64,000 bases of DNA from Squalus acanthias. Lineage: Eukaryota. The stretch is from positions 122,204,001 to 122,268,000 of the forward strand of contig CM059431.1 in the NCBI GenBank assembly GCA_030390025.1, read 5' to 3'. The translations under genes were made by a program, and so were the position numbers. The notes beneath the pieces are model-generated. The model was not told the origin of the DNA. It did no database searches and saw only the letters and a program-made list of their open reading frames with translations. Below, in pieces: positions 60,931 through 64,000 of the stretch (position 1 is its first letter; every line of letters begins with the position of its first letter).

Positions 60931-62070
60931 GCATAGGAACATAGGAACAGGATTAGGCCATTCAGCCCCTCGAGCCTGTTCTGCCATTCAATGAGATCAT
61001 GGCTGATCTGCGACCTAACTCCATATAGCCTTTGCCTGACATCCCTTAATACCATTGGTAAACAGAAATCTATCAATCTCAGATTTAAAATTAACAATTG
61101 ATCTAGCATCAATTGCTGTTTGAGGAAAAGAGTTCCAAACTTCTACCACCCTTTGTGTGTAGAATTATTTACTAATTTCACTCCTGAAAGGTCTGGCTCT
61201 AATTTTTAGACTATGCCCCCGAGTCCTAGACTCCCCAACCAGCGGAAATAGTTTTTCTCTATTTACCCTATCGGTTCGCTTTTAATATCTTGAAAACTTC
61301 AAGCAAATCACCCCTTAACCTTCTAAATTCTAGGGAATACAACCCTAATTTGTATAATCTCACCTCGTAATTTAACCTTTGGAGTCCGGGAATCATTCTG
61401 CTAAATCTACGCTGCACTCCCTCCAAGGCCAATATATCCTTCCTAAGGTGAGATGCCCAGAACTGCTCACAATACTCCAGATGTAGTCTAACCAGGGTTA
61501 TGTATAGCTGAAGCATATCTTCTACCCCCTTGTATTCTAGTCCTCTAGATATAAAGGCCAGCATTGCATTAGCCTTTTTGATTATTTTCTGTACCTGTTA
61601 ATGACATTTTAATGATCTATGTAACTGGATCCTCAAGTCTCTTTGGACCGCTACTGTTTTTAGCGTTTCACCATTTAGAATGTACTCTGTTCTATCCTTT
61701 TTAGGTCCAAAGTGGATGACCTCACATTTGCCTACATTGAAATCCATTTGCCACAGTTTTACCCATTCACTAAATATATCAATATCCCTTTGTCATTTTA
61801 TACTTTTATCTACACTGCCTACAATGCCACCTATCTTTGTGTCATCGGCAAATTTGGATATGTGGCTTTCTATGCGATCATCTATGTCATTCATACATAC
61901 TGTGAATAGTTGTGGCCCCAACACAGACCTTTCAGGAGTGAAATTAGTAAATAATTCTACACACAAAGGGTGGTAGAAGTTTGGAACTCTTTTCCTCAAA
62001 CAGCAATTGATGCTAGGTCAATTGTTAATTTTAAATCTGAAATTGATAGATTTCTGTTTACTTATGGTAT
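60931..62070 (-). mobile_element. 5'-truncated CR1 with an inverted duplicate of its own 3' region at the 5' junction
   Basis: RT C-terminal ORF 61268-61564; 61924-62061 is the reverse complement of 61058-61195. Confidence 0.85.
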
Positions 62071-62139
62071 TAACACATCCTGCCAATCAGCTGCTGTATT
62101 GCTAATTTATTTGGATGGCCAGCGTGCTGTTTTTGAGCT

Positions 62140-62549
62140 TTTGAGGACTTGGCTGCTGGAACAACACTCTAACAACACTCAGGACGAAAAGCCCGCTTGA
62201 TCAGCACCCCATACACCACCTTAAACATTCACTCCCTCCACCACCGGCGCATCGTGGCTCCAGTGTGTACCATCTACAAGATGCACTGCAGCAACTTGCC
62301 AAGTCTTCTTCGAAAACACCTCCCACATCTACGACCTCTACCACCTAGGAGGCCAAGGGAAGCAGGCGCATGGGAACACCAGCACCTCCAAGTTCCCCTT
62401 CAAGTCACACACCATTCTGACTTGGACATATAGTGCCGATCCTTCATCGTCGCTGGGTCAAAATCCTGGTACTCCCTAATTAACAACACTGTGGGAGTAC
62501 CTTTACTGCACTGACTGCAGCAGTTCAAGGCAGATCACCACCACCTTCC
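62140..62549 (+). mobile_element. Family B LINE 3' fragment
   Basis: HSLHHRRIVAPVCTIYKMHC matches the ORF at 59349. Confidence 0.85.
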
Positions 62550-63860
62550 CAACAACAACAAAAACAACATGTATTTATATAGCACCTTTAACATAGTAAA
62601 ATGTCCCAAGGCGCTTCACAGGAGTGTTAGCAAACAAAATTTGACATCGAGCCACATAAGGAGCTATTAGGACAGATGACCAAATGCTTGGTCAAAGAGG
62701 TAAGTTTTAAAGAGCATCTTAAAGGAGGAGAAAATGGTAGAGAGGCAGAGAAGTTTAGTGAGGGAATTACAGAGCTTAGGGCCTAGGCAGCTGAAGGCAC
62801 GGCCACCAATGGCCAAGCAATTAAAATTGGAATTTGCGGAACACCTCCGTTCAGTCCGTAAGGGTGACCCCGAGCTTCCGGTCGCCTATCACTTTAATTC
62901 GCTACTCCACACCCACTCTGACCTCTCTGTCCTTGGCCTCTTACACTGTTCCACATAAGCTCAAGGAACAGCACCTCATCTTTTGATTAGGCACTTTACA
63001 GCCTTCTGGACTCAACATTGAGTTCAACAACTTCAGACTATAAACCCTACCCCCATTTTTCAGGCGGCTGTTGATGATTCTGCCATCCCCATTTGCAACA
63101 TTTAATCTCTCTTGCCTCCCACTCTAGCACAGACTGTTCCTTCAATTCTTTCCTTCCCCTCCCCTCCCCCTTTCCCTGTCTCTGCACCTGCTTAAAATCT
63201 GTTACATCTCTAACCTTTTCCAATTCTGATGAAGGGTCACAGACCAGAAATGTTAACTCTGTTTCTCTCTCCACGGATGCTGCCTGGCCTGCTGAGTGCT
63301 TCCAGCATTTTCTGTTGTTATTTCAATTAAAATCGGGGATGCGCAAGAGGGCAGAATTGGAGGAGCGCAGAGATCTCAGAGGGTTGTAGGGCTGGGGGTG
63401 GTTACAGAGATTGGGAGGGGCGAGGCAATAAAGGGATTTGAAAATAAGGATGATCATTTTAAAATTGAGGCATTGCTGGACTGAGAGCCAATGTAGGTCA
63501 GCGAGCGCAGGGGTAGATGGGTGAAAGGGAATTGGTGCGAGTTAGGACATGGGCAGCAGAGTTTTGTATGAGCTCAAGTTCATAGAGGGTGAAAGATAGT
63601 AAGCCGGCTAGGAGAGCATTGGAATAATCAAGTCTAGAGGTAACAAAGGCATGGATGAGATTTTCAGCAGCAGATGAGCTGAGACAGGGGCGGAGTCGGG
63701 CAATGTTACAGAGGTGGAGGTAGGTGGTCTTGATGATGGAGCAGATATGTGGCCGGAAGCTCATCTCGGGGTCAATTATGACACCAAGGTTGTGAATGGT
63801 CTGGTTCAGCCTCAAACAGTTTCCAGGGAGAATGATGGAGTCGGTGGCTGGGGAACTGAG
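62550..63860 (-). mobile_element. L2 LINE 3' portion split by a Penelope insertion
   Basis: NLGVIIDPEMSF...HAFVTSRLDYSNALL; (TTG)n tail; co-linear with the 40730 copy. Confidence 0.9.
62828..63323 (+). mobile_element. Penelope-like element 3' fragment (GIY-YIG endonuclease C-terminus plus tail with hammerhead core at ~63226-63257)
   Basis: FAEHLRSV...PVAYHFNS..H...LGTLQPSGLN; CTGATGA-AGGGTC-ACA-GACCA-GAAA; 10-bp TSD CAATTAAAAT (62818-62827, 63324-63333). Confidence 0.85.
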
Positions 63861-64000
63861 TTTTGGGCAACTAGGGATGGGCAATAAATACTGGCCTTGC
63901 CAGTGATGTTCACATCCCATTAATGAATAAACAAAACTGACAGTAATTGTTTCTGAAAACACTTTGGTGAGTCAGCAGAGGGGTTTTGATCAGGGCCTTC

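Overview
Repeat-dense vertebrate genomic DNA. The repeat families (HE1-like V-SINE, SacSINE1-like DeuSINE, esterase-ORF1 CR1) point to a cartilaginous fish; this is an inference. I found no convincing host gene, so the window is probably intronic or intergenic. It contains many CR1 LINEs, including one uninterrupted 995-aa APE+RT ORF2 (5228-8215) and a near full-length copy with 5' 80-bp monomers inside a triple nest. It also holds L2 fragments, Penelope tails with hammerhead-ribozyme cores and three solo-LTR-like insertions. PIF/Harbinger elements span a full series: a two-gene element at 20071-27990 (spliced Myb/SANT gene plus HARBI1-like transposase, TSD ATC), deletion derivatives and MITEs. 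The most intriguing signal is a ~750-bp MITE family (5 copies) that keeps an NRF1-like motif and several co-oriented GGTAAG splice-donor motifs. All calls were made by eye. Boundaries without a stated TSD are approximate, and novelty cannot be established without database searches.
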